Positions 36,048 to 46,444 of a DNA stretch of 64,000 nucleotides are shown here, in pieces. Location: IMG/VR virus record IMGVR_UViG_3300034200_001454, positions 1 to 64,000 of that record; one strand, written 5' to 3'. Under the pieces are notes generated by a model. The model was not told the DNA's origin, did not search any database, and worked only from the letters and a program-made list of their open reading frames with translations. The translations under genes and the position numbers were made by a program. Origin of the DNA: a virus. Positions within the stretch are counted from its first letter, which is position 1. Each line of letters begins with the position of its first letter.

Positions 36048-36467
36048 ATGCCTTTTTACACTGGTCGCACTGGCAAGCTTCGCCTTGGTGGTAGCGAGGT
36101 TTCCAAGGTAAAAAATTGGACGCTTGATACGTCCGTCAATATGCTGGATACCACTTCTCTTGGTGATACAGCTAATACTTTCACTCCGGGATTGTTTAGC
36201 GCCACAGGCAGCGCTTCTCTGTCGTATTACAACGGCGACACCACCGATACAACTAATCTTCTTGAGAAGATTGCCAAGACTGGTGCCATTACTGATAGCG
36301 ATGAAGTGAGCCTTACATTTGAAGTGGGTACTGGCCAGACTTTTGCTGCTGATGCTTTTATTAACAGTGCCAGTATCTCTTCTTCCACTGATGAACTGAC
36401 CACTGTTTCATTTAACTTTACGATCAACGGTCCCCTCACCTCTGTTGTGCTCACTGGCACCACCTGA
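36048..36467 (+). CDS. tail-tube-like protein
   Basis: FYTGRTG, VKNWTL, DTTSLGD, GSASL, VSFNFTING. Confidence 0.7.
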   Translation: MPFYTGRTGKLRLGGSEVSKVKNWTLDTSVNMLDTTSLGDTANTFTPGLFSATGSASLSYYNGDTTDTTNLLEKIAKTGAITDSDEVSLTFEVGTGQTFAADAFINSASISSSTDELTTVSFNFTINGPLTSVVLTGTT

Positions 36468-36509
36468 TTTTAGGCATAGATACAATGGAATAATTAAGGC
36501 TGTAGCGAG

Positions 36510-37520
36510 ATGACATTTTTTGTTGGCCATACAGGCGCAATCAAGCTACAGCGTGGTGGTGAAAATACATTCACTGCCATTGTTTCGCCGGATGATGTCA
36601 ATACTGTATTAAATAGATTCAGTTTTGAAGGTGGTGACGACAATTTAATTACTGGAGATCTTCTTGAAATTACGACCGAGGATCCGCGTGGTCTTCTTTT
36701 TCTGCCCCCATCGTTTTGGAGTATTCCAGGGGAGCCAGTAGACGGCTATGACGAAGTGGTATGGGCGTCTGGAGGTACAGCCGGTCTTGCCGGTTGGGAT
36801 GATGATAATATCACAACTAGCTCAGATTTGCCTCCCGACGGATACGACGAATTTCGGCTAGGCGATTACATTTTTTCGGACAACGCACGCGCATATGTCA
36901 ACATTAATGCCGTAGGCGGTGTGCGTCTATTTGAAAATTTTAACGACGCCATAAACAATGAAAGGGCAAACGAATACGAGCTTGCCGCTTTTTACGGAGA
37001 ACCCATTGAAATAACAGTGGGAATTAGGGACACTAGATACAATACGCTTGGCTCAGTCACTTCCTTTGAAATTAATACAGACAGGGCTGCAATGGAGACG
37101 ACTAGCCTGTCAGATAGGTTTAAGCAGCAGTATTCCGCTGGGCTATTAAGTGGCAATGGTAGTATCGAGTGTTTATTTAGTTACGAAACAGTGGGCAATG
37201 AAGAAATCCCCCTGTTCTTATTGCAGGTCATTAATCGGCTGGATGTTGGCAGCAGCTTTAAGGCGCTTCTTTCTCTTTCTTCCATTGATCAATCTGCCTC
37301 TTTCAGGGAGGAAGTTTACTACGACATTGAAGCAGTGGTAACGAGAGCGGGGGTAACTGTCACTGCCGATGCATTAGTGGCATGCTCTGTTGATTTTGTA
37401 ACCACTGGCGAATTCAAACTTCGCGTGGGTATCCCTCCTGAATACATCTTAAAGGAGGATGATGACGCCATCTATCTTGAACAGGGTCTTGATTATCTGC
37501 TCAAGGAAATAACCGACTGA
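36510..37520 (+). CDS. structural protein with a C-terminal tail-tube-like domain
   Basis: VTSFEINTDR...TTSLSD.F...GLLSGNGSIEC, SVDFVTTG. Confidence 0.65.
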   Translation: MTFFVGHTGAIKLQRGGENTFTAIVSPDDVNTVLNRFSFEGGDDNLITGDLLEITTEDPRGLLFLPPSFWSIPGEPVDGYDEVVWASGGTAGLAGWDDDNITTSSDLPPDGYDEFRLGDYIFSDNARAYVNINAVGGVRLFENFNDAINNERANEYELAAFYGEPIEITVGIRDTRYNTLGSVTSFEINTDRAAMETTSLSDRFKQQYSAGLLSGNGSIECLFSYETVGNEEIPLFLLQVINRLDVGSSFKALLSLSSIDQSASFREEVYYDIEAVVTRAGVTVTADALVACSVDFVTTGEFKLRVGIPPEYILKEDDDAIYLEQGLDYLLKEITD

Positions 37521-37574
37521 TAATAGCTAATATCGTTTAAGACTAGACTGTATTGAGACCCGCACCTTCCTGCA

Positions 37575-40500
37575 ATGGCTGATCAAAGAATTACGGAGCT
37601 TGTAGAACTTCCCCAGGGAGGCGTATCGTCTAATGACGTACTGCCTATTGCAGACGTAAGTGCTAGTCAGACAAAGAAAGTGCAAGTGAAGAGCCTGATT
37701 CAAGCAGGTTTTAATCTTGCAGACGCTTCTACGCTGGATATTTCAAAAATTAACCAGGCAAGCGTAGCGAAACTTGGCGCAGCGGCCATTGGAACCAATG
37801 TTCTTACTTACGACAAGATTCAGCAGGTCAGTGCCACCGATCGCTTACTAGGAAGAAGCAGTGCGGGCGCGGGAAATATAGAGGAAATCATTTGCACTTC
37901 ATTTGCTCGCTCTCTGCTAGATGATGCAGATGCCACGACAGTACGTTCAACGCTTTCTCTTGGCGCTGTTGCTACTGGCGATACCATTAACACTTCCCTC
38001 ATCGAAGATCTCGCCATCACAACTGGCAAAATCAATAACAATGCAGTTACCACTGCAAAGATTGCTGATGCCAATATTACTACGGCAAAGATTGCAAGCG
38101 GAGCAATTGATAGTGCTCAATTAGCCGCTAGCGGAGTCGTTCAAGGCAAATTAGCCGCCAACTCTGTTATTACTGTCAACATTGTTGATAGCGGAATTAC
38201 TCAAGCAAAACTCGCTGCCGATGCGGTGGGAACTGTCAATATTATTGGCAGTGGCATCACTCAATCTAAGCTTGCCGCCGATGCTGTTAATACGGTCAAT
38301 ATTATTGATTCGGCAGTAACCCTTGCCAAAATGGCAAGCGGAAGCATTGGCACTGCTCAGCTTATCGCTAGTGGCATTACGCAAGAGAAGCTTGCTGCCG
38401 ACGCAGTGGCGACTATTAACATCATTGCCTCTGGTATTACTCAGTCAAAGCTTGCTGCTAATGCAGTGGCTACTGTCAACGTCATAGATAGTGGCATCAC
38501 TCAAGCCAAGTTGGCCAGTGGCTCTGTTGATACTGTCAATATTATCAATAGTGCGGTGACGCTAGCCAAGATGGCCAGCGGAAGCGTCGATACTGCTCAA
38601 TTAGTCGCCAGTGGCATCACGCAAAGCAAATTAGCGGCCAATGCAGTGGACACTGTTAATGTCGTTGATTCTGGTATTACGCAACAAAAACTTGCCGCCA
38701 ATGCAGTGGCGACAATTAATATTGCTGATTCTGGTATTACGCAAGCAAAGCTTGGAACTAGTTCAGTAGACACTATTAACATCATTGATTCTGCAGTAAC
38801 GCTGGCAAAGATGGCCAGTGGTAGTGTTAATACTGCTCAGCTTATTGCTAGTGGTATCACCCAAGAAAAGCTGGCTGCCGATGCAGTGGCAACAATTAAT
38901 ATTGTTGATTCGGGAATTACACAGGCAAAACTTGCCGCTAATGCAGTCGCCACCATTAACATCATCAGCAGTGGTGTTACACAAGAAAAGCTTGCAAGTA
39001 ATGCAGTGGCTACTGTCAACATTGTTGATAGTGGAGTTACGCAAAGCAAGCTTGCTGCTAATAGTATTGCAGCAATCAACATTGTTGATTCTGGTATTAC
39101 GCAAGCAAAACTTGGAAGTGGAGCAGTTGCTACTGTCAATATTATCGACTCCGCTGTAACGCTTGCAAAAATGGCGAGCAACAGTGTAGATACTGCTCAA
39201 TTAGTCGCCAGTGGCATTACGCAGGAAAAGCTGGCTGCTAACGCAGTGGCAACCATTAACATTACGGATAGTGGTATCACCCAAGAAAAGCTAGCTGCAA
39301 ATGCAGTAAACACGGTCAATGTTGTTGATAGCGGGATTACGCAAGCAAAGCTTTCTTCTAATGCCGTTAACACCATCAACGTGGTGGACAGTGGTATTAC
39401 TCAGGCAAAGCTTGCTGCCAATGCAGTAGCTACAATCAATCTTGTCGATAGTGGAGTGACCACTGCAAAGATTGCTTCTGGCGCAATTACTATCGGCAAG
39501 CTTTCTCTTTCGTCGGGAGAATTAACGGGCTCCGTCATCACTGCTTCTTCCATTCCATCGGGAAGCTACGTGAGTGGATCAATTGTCACCACTGACATTG
39601 CTGACAATGCAGTTACATTTGCAAAAATTCAGCAAGTGGCATCTGGCGTACTGCTTGGACGTGCAAGTGCTGGTAGCGGCAACGTAGAAACTATCACGTT
39701 GACGGAAGCCGGCAGGGCATTGCTTGATGACGCGGACGCCACTGCTCAGCGCACAACGCTTGGCCTTGGCTCTATGGCCATCCAGGCCGCTTCTGGCGTG
39801 CTCATTACGGGCGGCACAGCAGTACTTAGCAGCGGCACGATTGCTTACGCGACAATCAACGGTGGTGTCATCAGTGGAATTACTGACCTTGCCATTGCTG
39901 ATGGCGGCACGGGCGCTTCTACGGCCTCTGGCGCACGAACAAACCTTGGCCTTGCCGTTGGTACTGACGTGCAAGCATATGATGCTGCACTTGCATCAAT
40001 CGCAGGGCTGACGACGGCATCTGGCCAAATCATTTACACCACGGCTTCCGACACTTACGCCACCGCCACAATTACGGCTGCTGGTCGTGCCATTCTTGAT
40101 GATGCAGATGCAAGTGCTCAGCGCACCACTCTTGGACTTGGCTCTTTATCTGTCAAAAATACAGTTGGCAGTGGAGATTATGATTCTTCTTCCATTGTTA
40201 CTGCCAACATTGCCGATTCTGCAATTACCACAGCAAAGATTGCTGACAGCGGCATTACGACTATCAAGATTGCTGATGCAAATGTTACGCAGGCGAAGCT
40301 GGCTAGCGATTCAGTAAGCACTATAAAGATCGTCAATAGTGGCGTGACCACTGCAAAATTGGCTGATAACGCAGTTTCTTATGCAAAGATTCAAGAAACG
40401 ACAACGAGTGATGTCATTCTTGGTCGCTCATCTGCAAGTGGTGGCACTGTAGAAGAAATTGCATGCACTTCGGCGGCACGTTCAATTCTTGACGATGCTT

Positions 40501-42581
40501 CCATCGCTGATATTCGCACAACGCTTGGCCTTGGTACTCTTGCCACTCAGAACGGGAGCTTCTCTGGTACTTCCACTGGTACCAACACTGGCGATCAAAC
40601 AATCACGCTTTCTGGGGATGTCACTGGTACAGGTACTGGAGCATTTGCTGCCACCATTGCCAATAGTGCTGTAACCACAGCCAAGATTCTTGATAGCGCT
40701 ATTACTACTGCCAAAATTGCGGATAGTGGCGTAACAGCCGTAAAATTAGCGGACAATTCTGCTGCCGTAGTAGCTGGTTCTTCACCAATTGGCAATGGAT
40801 CTTTCATTGGTCAACAATGGTTTAATACCAGCGATGGTTATGAATACACCTGGACTGGGAGCGTGTGGCAGCGTCAAACAGGGCTCGTAACAACTGTCGT
40901 TTCTGGAGACACTGTTTATAGCTTTACTACGTCCTATCCTGATTCGTTCAGCGCTTCCATTGTTCCTTCTCTAAATACGCAAGTAGCTTCTCGGTTCTTT
41001 GCTGGTCCCGCAAGCGGAAATAGTGATGCCGCGCCTACATTCCGCGCCATTTCTGCAAGCGATCTTCCTAAGGCAACAACTAGCGCTCTTGGCGTGGCTC
41101 AAGCTGGCACTGGTTTAGTCACTGTCAGTGGCATCTTCAATCATGCCAATAGCGTAGCCTCTGGCATTTATTACAAAGTTACTGTTGACGAACAAGGGCA
41201 CATTAGCGCAGGTGAAACTGCTTTAGTAGCCGACGATATTCCAGAATTATCTGCCTCGAAGATTACCACTGGTACATTTGGCAGTGGTCTCATTGGAGAC
41301 GATGCGGTTCGGGCATCTAGCTTGGCAAACTACAGCGTTAGCCAGTTTGGTGAAGCATTGCCATCTGCAGATTTTATTGGACAATTCTTCTTCAATCCAT
41401 TGGAGAAAGATCTCTATCTATGGGATGGAAACGTTTGGAACCCCGTTGGCATTTCAGTTGGTGAAATTATTTTTGGCGGCACTTACAATGCAAGTGGCAA
41501 TATTATTGCTAGCACAAGTAGCGATGGCGCCGCTGTTGGCTTGTCAATTGGTCAGCCGCTTCCTTCTCCCTCTGCTACGTTTAATCGTTATTACGTGGTG
41601 GTGGAAAGTGGAGGCACTGGCGTGGCTCCTGCTCCTGCCACTACTTTGCAGCCGCCTGATATTCTGCTTTGCAATGGCACTGCATGGACTGAAGTGGATG
41701 TTAGCTCCACTTATACGGCACAAGCTGCAGTTAACGTTGCCTTTACGCCCGCTGCCAATATAGGCAGCACTAATGTTCAGGCTGCATTAGAAGAAGTTAG
41801 CGCTGAATGTCGCAATGCTAGTAATGTTGCAAGTGGCATTTTGGCCGTTGCTTACGGTGGTACTGGCACTGGCACTTATACAAAAGGCGACATTCTTGTT
41901 GCAAGTGGTACCACATTAGTCAAGCAGGCAATTGGCACTAACGGGCAAGTATTGACGGCTAATTCGGCCTTCGGGCCAGGCGTTCATTGGACTACTCCTG
42001 CCAGTGGTACTGTGTTGTCAGTGAGCGTCAATTCTCCACTCACTGTTGTCAGCGGCTCAACTACTCCTGTTATTTCTATCCCCGATGCATCAACCAGCGT
42101 AAGGGGAAGCGTTCAGCTCACTGATAGCACGAGCACAACTAGCTCTTCTCTTGCTGCTACTGCCACTGCAGTGAAGAGTGCTTATGACCTTGCTAATGCT
42201 GCTCTTCCTCGTACTGGTGGCACCATTACTGGTGAAGTGGTTATCGGCAATACTGGCACGCTGTTGTTTGAAGGCGCCACTGACAATGCTTTTGAAATCC
42301 AACTCACTGCTGCCGATGCCACTTCTGACAAAGTGGTGACACTGCCAGATACCACTGGCACTGTCATTACCACTGGAGACACTGGTACTGTTACCAACAC
42401 GATGCTTGCTGGCAGCATTGCTGACACCAAGCTTTCTACGATTTCCACTGCAGGAAAGGTTAGCAACAGCGCCACCACCGCCACCAGTGCAAACACTGCA
42501 AGCGCAATTGTTGCCCGTGACAGTAGTGGTAATTTCTCCGCTGGCACCATTGATGCCACCATTGATGAAGGAACTTTCTAA
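37575..42581 (+). CDS. long repetitive tail fibre protein
   Basis: MADQRITEL N-terminus, 10/20-aa repeats, phage fibre repeat GSVQLTDST...AATATAVKSAYD. Confidence 0.85.
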   Translation: MADQRITELVELPQGGVSSNDVLPIADVSASQTKKVQVKSLIQAGFNLADASTLDISKINQASVAKLGAAAIGTNVLTYDKIQQVSATDRLLGRSSAGAGNIEEIICTSFARSLLDDADATTVRSTLSLGAVATGDTINTSLIEDLAITTGKINNNAVTTAKIADANITTAKIASGAIDSAQLAASGVVQGKLAANSVITVNIVDSGITQAKLAADAVGTVNIIGSGITQSKLAADAVNTVNIIDSAVTLAKMASGSIGTAQLIASGITQEKLAADAVATINIIASGITQSKLAANAVATVNVIDSGITQAKLASGSVDTVNIINSAVTLAKMASGSVDTAQLVASGITQSKLAANAVDTVNVVDSGITQQKLAANAVATINIADSGITQAKLGTSSVDTINIIDSAVTLAKMASGSVNTAQLIASGITQEKLAADAVATINIVDSGITQAKLAANAVATINIISSGVTQEKLASNAVATVNIVDSGVTQSKLAANSIAAINIVDSGITQAKLGSGAVATVNIIDSAVTLAKMASNSVDTAQLVASGITQEKLAANAVATINITDSGITQEKLAANAVNTVNVVDSGITQAKLSSNAVNTINVVDSGITQAKLAANAVATINLVDSGVTTAKIASGAITIGKLSLSSGELTGSVITASSIPSGSYVSGSIVTTDIADNAVTFAKIQQVASGVLLGRASAGSGNVETITLTEAGRALLDDADATAQRTTLGLGSMAIQAASGVLITGGTAVLSSGTIAYATINGGVISGITDLAIADGGTGASTASGARTNLGLAVGTDVQAYDAALASIAGLTTASGQIIYTTASDTYATATITAAGRAILDDADASAQRTTLGLGSLSVKNTVGSGDYDSSSIVTANIADSAITTAKIADSGITTIKIADANVTQAKLASDSVSTIKIVNSGVTTAKLADNAVSYAKIQETTTSDVILGRSSASGGTVEEIACTSAARSILDDASIADIRTTLGLGTLATQNGSFSGTSTGTNTGDQTITLSGDVTGTGTGAFAATIANSAVTTAKILDSAITTAKIADSGVTAVKLADNSAAVVAGSSPIGNGSFIGQQWFNTSDGYEYTWTGSVWQRQTGLVTTVVSGDTVYSFTTSYPDSFSASIVPSLNTQVASRFFAGPASGNSDAAPTFRAISASDLPKATTSALGVAQAGTGLVTVSGIFNHANSVASGIYYKVTVDEQGHISAGETALVADDIPELSASKITTGTFGSGLIGDDAVRASSLANYSVSQFGEALPSADFIGQFFFNPLEKDLYLWDGNVWNPVGISVGEIIFGGTYNASGNIIASTSSDGAAVGLSIGQPLPSPSATFNRYYVVVESGGTGVAPAPATTLQPPDILLCNGTAWTEVDVSSTYTAQAAVNVAFTPAANIGSTNVQAALEEVSAECRNASNVASGILAVAYGGTGTGTYTKGDILVASGTTLVKQAIGTNGQVLTANSAFGPGVHWTTPASGTVLSVSVNSPLTVVSGSTTPVISIPDASTSVRGSVQLTDSTSTTSSSLAATATAVKSAYDLANAALPRTGGTITGEVVIGNTGTLLFEGATDNAFEIQLTAADATSDKVVTLPDTTGTVITTGDTGTVTNTMLAGSIADTKLSTISTAGKVSNSATTATSANTASAIVARDSSGNFSAGTIDATIDEGTF
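38020..39500 (+). repeat. degenerate 60-bp (20-aa) tandem coding repeat with 80- and 120-aa super-repeats
   Basis: units like VDSGITQAKLAANAVATINI; the variant SAVTLAKMASxSxxTAQL recurs at 80, 80 and 120 aa; boundaries approximate. Confidence 0.9.
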
Positions 42582-42653
42582 TCAATGACAAATAAAGCCT
42601 TTTAGAATTGCGAAAGACTTATTAGTCTTCTGTAATTCCGAAAGGCTTTAATC

Positions 42654-44090
42654 ATGGCTGGTGTTCTTCAGCATCTGCGTTCATCGACGCTTAATAAGCG
42701 TCCTAATCCTGCTTCTATGGTTGATGGTCAAGTGGCCATTAACTATGCAAGTGGCGCTCCCGGCATGTTCTTCAAGGACAGCAATGGAAGCTTGGTAAAA
42801 GTGGGGCCTGTGCATGTGGGTAGCGGTGCTCCTAATGCCGTACCTGCGAGTGGTGGCACTGCCGGTAATTCCTTGGGAGAGCAATGGCTTGATACCAGTG
42901 GTGGCACTTACGTGTTTAAGATTTGGGACGGCAGTGCATGGCGTAGTGAAGCTGGTGAATTTGTAAACGTCACTGGCGATACGATGACTGGCGCATTGGG
43001 AATTATCGCAGGCAGCGCTGGGTCTCCATCGCTTTTTATAAGCGGGGACGCAAATACTGGACTGTATTCCCCCGGCGCGGACCAAGTAGCCATCTCGACT
43101 AATGGCACGGGGCGGATAACCGTTCAATCTGACGGAAACGTACTTATTGGCGCAACTGGATTAGCAAATAGGCTTTTAACCGTTAATCAAACAGGAATAA
43201 CTGGCGGGGAATATGGCATCAGTATATCACAAACAAGTGCAACTAGTAATGCACTTGAACTAACTATCGACTCGGCGAATGCACTCTCAAAGCTTTTTCA
43301 AAAAAGCACTATCCCGCTCGTTTTTGGAACTAATGATACCGAGCGGATGCGCCTGGACTCAAATGGCCGCTTAGGTCTGGGGACTAGTAGCCCTGGACAT
43401 GCTTTTGATTGCGTTGCAAGTAGCGCTGGTGTTGTCGCGGCAAGGTTCAGGGGAAATTCTAGTGGAAACAATAATACCCAAATTCGTTTCTATGGAGCCA
43501 ATACCGCAACGGACCAATGGGCGGTTGGTAATGCCGTTGCCACGGATGATGCTACCAGAAACTTTGATATTTATGATCTTGTATCCAATGTAAATAGACT
43601 CAGGATTGATTCCTCAGGCCGCGTAGGGATTGGCACTACTAATCCTAGGTTTGCTGTATCCATTGGATCAACAGCAGGAGCGGGGGTTGTAAACCCAGAT
43701 ACATTAGATCTTGGTGGCACTTACTCAAGCGTGGCCGGAGCTAATGCAAAGCTCCGTGTGTATTGGGACGGGACTGATACTTTTGGTTTTGGTGTGTCGC
43801 CTGGCCAGCTTGAGTACACAGTGCCTTCGTCCTCGTCCCATGTTTTTTACCAAGGTGCAACGCAATCAGCGAAAATCGACAGCTCCGGCAGGTTGTTAGT
43901 TGGCACGTCCTCGCAGTCTGGCGGATCACTCTTACAAGTAAACGACAATCGCATCAGAATTGCGACAGCAAAAACACCGGCATCGGCTACCGATACTGGC
44001 GTAGCTGGCGAGATATGCTGGGATGCTAATTACGTCTATGTCTGCACTGCTACGAACACATGGAAGCGCTCAGCAATCAGCACATGGTGA
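42654..44090 (+). CDS. tail fibre / receptor-binding protein
   Basis: HLRSST..KRP, repeated R.RIDSSGR.GIGT units, GEICWDANYVYVCTATNTWKR end. Confidence 0.85.
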   Translation: MAGVLQHLRSSTLNKRPNPASMVDGQVAINYASGAPGMFFKDSNGSLVKVGPVHVGSGAPNAVPASGGTAGNSLGEQWLDTSGGTYVFKIWDGSAWRSEAGEFVNVTGDTMTGALGIIAGSAGSPSLFISGDANTGLYSPGADQVAISTNGTGRITVQSDGNVLIGATGLANRLLTVNQTGITGGEYGISISQTSATSNALELTIDSANALSKLFQKSTIPLVFGTNDTERMRLDSNGRLGLGTSSPGHAFDCVASSAGVVAARFRGNSSGNNNTQIRFYGANTATDQWAVGNAVATDDATRNFDIYDLVSNVNRLRIDSSGRVGIGTTNPRFAVSIGSTAGAGVVNPDTLDLGGTYSSVAGANAKLRVYWDGTDTFGFGVSPGQLEYTVPSSSSHVFYQGATQSAKIDSSGRLLVGTSSQSGGSLLQVNDNRIRIATAKTPASATDTGVAGEICWDANYVYVCTATNTWKRSAISTW

Positions 44091-44566
44091 TGACGTGTCC
44101 CGCGCTGCGTCAGTGCAACATCTGCAAGGAGCACAAACCGCAGACTGACTTCTACAAAGTCAAGCGGGCAAAGAAGGACATTCTTGGTGTGCCTCGTATT
44201 TCACGCTGCCGTCAGTGCGAGATACAGAAGTACATGGAGCTGGATCCACGGCAGAAGATGGTCTACGCGGCTCGCAATCGGGCTCGCATCGCCGGACTGG
44301 ACTGCACCATCACAAAGGACGACATTGAGATTCCCGAAACCTGTCCGGTGTTGGGCATCCCACTGTTCGCTCGTGTTGGCGCTGGCAGATCAAACCGCGA
44401 TCAAGTGGAGAACTCCCCGAGCCTGGATCGGATCGACAACAGCAAGGGGTATGTGCCCGGCAACATTGCAGTCATCTCGATGCGAGCAAACATGATCAAG
44501 AACAACGCCACGCTTGCTGAACTGAAGGCCATCGTGGCCTACATAGAAGCCAGCCAGAGCCAGTAA
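44090..44566 (+). CDS. His-Me finger (HNH-like) endonuclease
   Basis: CNICKEHKP..DFY, CRQC, CPVLGIPL, SPSLDRIDNSKGYVPGN...AN..K; TGATG overlap with the fibre gene. Confidence 0.8.
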   Translation: MTCPALRQCNICKEHKPQTDFYKVKRAKKDILGVPRISRCRQCEIQKYMELDPRQKMVYAARNRARIAGLDCTITKDDIEIPETCPVLGIPLFARVGAGRSNRDQVENSPSLDRIDNSKGYVPGNIAVISMRANMIKNNATLAELKAIVAYIEASQSQ

Positions 44567-44651
44567 ACCTACTCTCTACTGCCGATCAAGCGTATAGTGG
44601 TGGGGCAGCGAGTTTGCACCTCCTGCCCCTGGCCACAGTTCTCTAGAAACC

Positions 44652-45167
44652 ATGACCCAAGAAGATTACTCCAAAGTGCCACCGCCGCACCTGCTCAAAA
44701 AGTTCTCCGAGCAAGCACGAGAGGACAGCCAGAAGCGGGGCCATGCGGGCTACTGCAAGACCTTCGCCAAGCTCTGCATCGACTGGGCGCTGAACTCCAA
44801 ATCATCTCCTAATAATCTCCAAATTAGGAGTTCCGATCTGGACGTAACGATTGCATTGGTGCAGCAGTGGACTGATGAGATCTACGGCGGTCCCGGTGCA
44901 GTTGTCGGTAGTGACGACATTTGCTTAGCCAAGCTGGCTGCTCAGTACGGCGCCGATCAGGAGCTGGAGGCGTGCTGTGAGTGGCTGAAAGCCAAGCACT
45001 GGATTGAGCCTGAATTTGTTGATGAACTCCGCGCCGCCCGCCGTCCGAAACCCGCAACACTGAAGGAGCAATCCCTGAAGCACTTAGAGGTGATGGAGCG
45101 GGACGGGCATTACCTGCCTGAAATCCTGCAAGATCTTCGTCGTGCAGTAGAGCAGCTCGATGACTAA
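44652..45167 (+). CDS. hypothetical phage protein
   Basis: AAQYGADQELEACC...LRAARRPKP motif. Confidence 0.75.
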   Translation: MTQEDYSKVPPPHLLKKFSEQAREDSQKRGHAGYCKTFAKLCIDWALNSKSSPNNLQIRSSDLDVTIALVQQWTDEIYGGPGAVVGSDDICLAKLAAQYGADQELEACCEWLKAKHWIEPEFVDELRAARRPKPATLKEQSLKHLEVMERDGHYLPEILQDLRRAVEQLDD

Positions 45168-45306
45168 GTGGTTTTCTGTTCGCAAGGCAGACTTCGACAA
45201 AACTTTGTTTTTCGGCGTTGGTATCGGCGGCGACTTGCCAGAGACCACGCTTGCGCTTTTCTTTGTTATTGGCGAACACGTCATTTGCATTGGTCCCCAC
45301 AAGTAG
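45160..45306 (+). CDS. small hypothetical protein (48 aa, absent from the ORF track)
   Basis: MTKWFSVRKADFDKTLFFGVGIGGDLPETTLALFFVIGEHVICIGPHK; start overlaps the previous gene end. Confidence 0.6.
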   Translation: MTKWFSVRKADFDKTLFFGVGIGGDLPETTLALFFVIGEHVICIGPHK

Positions 45307-45320
45307 TCATTACCACTTCT

Positions 45321-45602
45321 ATGTCTGAGCTTTCACTTGCTGCGCAGGCGGTGCTGGATGCTGCTTTCCCCGTCTACGACGAAGAGGAACACCTTTACGT
45401 CGCCACTGGCGAACAACATGCAGGCATGATTGCCGCCGCCGCCCTGCGAGCGGCTGCGGATCAGGTGGTGCCACTTGCCGATGTCGCACCCCAAGAAGAC
45501 CTTGAAAGTCGAAGGGAGGCAATGGCCTGGGGGATGCAACACCAGACACAGCTCACTCGCTACCAACTCCTCGCCATCGCTGATGAGCTTGAAGCCCAGT
45601 AG
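45321..45602 (+). CDS. hypothetical phage protein
   Basis: MSELSLAAQAVLDA...AAALRAAADQVVP...LLAIADELEAQ. Confidence 0.78.
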   Translation: MSELSLAAQAVLDAAFPVYDEEEHLYVATGEQHAGMIAAAALRAAADQVVPLADVAPQEDLESRREAMAWGMQHQTQLTRYQLLAIADELEAQ

Positions 45603-45616
45603 TCACCTTCGTTTCT

Positions 45617-45895
45617 ATGTCTGAATACAAGATGAACTTAATTGCAACATTTAAAGTCCCCGTTACTGTCTCTTTAAGCATTGAACAACAGAAAGAAGCG
45701 CGACAAGCTGTTAATTGCTTTTATCTTGGAGATCCAGAATGTAATGTTTTGAACCCAGAAACAATGCAGTATGAAGCTAAGTATCCACAAAAAGAAACGT
45801 CTGAATTCAAGAAAGCCTGTCGCAATATTGCTCAGGACGCAACAGAATACTTAACTATTGGTCTTGACTCATCTGGCCGGCTTTCCATCCTGTAA
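45617..45895 (+). CDS. hypothetical protein
   Basis: 92-aa ORF. Confidence 0.65.
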   Translation: MSEYKMNLIATFKVPVTVSLSIEQQKEARQAVNCFYLGDPECNVLNPETMQYEAKYPQKETSEFKKACRNIAQDATEYLTIGLDSSGRLSIL

Positions 45896-45966
45896 GGCGC
45901 CCGCAATTCCCGCACCTTGATCTGCCTTTGCATCGTCTAAACTAACAAAGACCATTCTTTTTAACC

Positions 45967-46281
45967 ATGGCAATCACTTACCAATGGGGCGTTGCAAATC
46001 TGGAACGCCACCTTGCTGATGGAATCGTCTACACGGTTCACTATACAATTTCGGCTGATGATGGCACGTATGCTAGTTCGGCGTATGGCAGTCTTGGCCT
46101 TGAAGCGCCTGACGCAGATGATGAAATTCCCTATGCCCAACTCACGCCTGAAATCGTCACTGGCTGGGTGAAGGAAAAGTTTGGCGCTGAAAAAGTAGCA
46201 GAAATCGAAGCGGCATTGGCCGAACAGATTTCTCAACAGCGCACTCCCACTACAGGCAACGGCCTGCCCTGGAATAGCTAA
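45967..46281 (+). CDS. tail-fibre-associated small protein
   Basis: W.VANLER...DG.VYTVHY, IPYAQLT.E.V.GWVK, GLPW end. Confidence 0.72.
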   Translation: MAITYQWGVANLERHLADGIVYTVHYTISADDGTYASSAYGSLGLEAPDADDEIPYAQLTPEIVTGWVKEKFGAEKVAEIEAALAEQISQQRTPTTGNGLPWNS

Positions 46282-46304
46282 GCTTTTGTTTTCATCGTCT
46301 TTCC

Positions 46305-46442
46305 ATGGCGGCAAAAAGCAAAATCGGCATCAGCGGGCAAAAGCTGTTCACGCCTGGTAAACCTAAAACTACAAGGCAGGGTAACGGCAAAAACAGTAAG
46401 GCCAGTCACGGGCGCAAGCTCCGCAAAGGACAAGGCAAATAA
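46305..46442 (+). CDS. small highly basic protein (45 aa, absent from the ORF track)
   Basis: MAAKSKIGISGQKLFTPGKPKTTRQGNGKNSKASHGRKLRKGQGK; own -10 box and terminator. Confidence 0.75.
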   Translation: MAAKSKIGISGQKLFTPGKPKTTRQGNGKNSKASHGRKLRKGQGK

Positions 46443-46444
46443 AC

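Noticed and set aside
38020-39500. CRISPR array or DGR template/variable repeats
   Set aside because: The repeats are in-frame degenerate coding units without spacers; no reverse transcriptase or cas gene is present in the window
45168-45320. N-terminal part of ORF 45168..45602
   Set aside because: Better explained by a separate 48-aa ORF (45160..45306) and a true start at 45321
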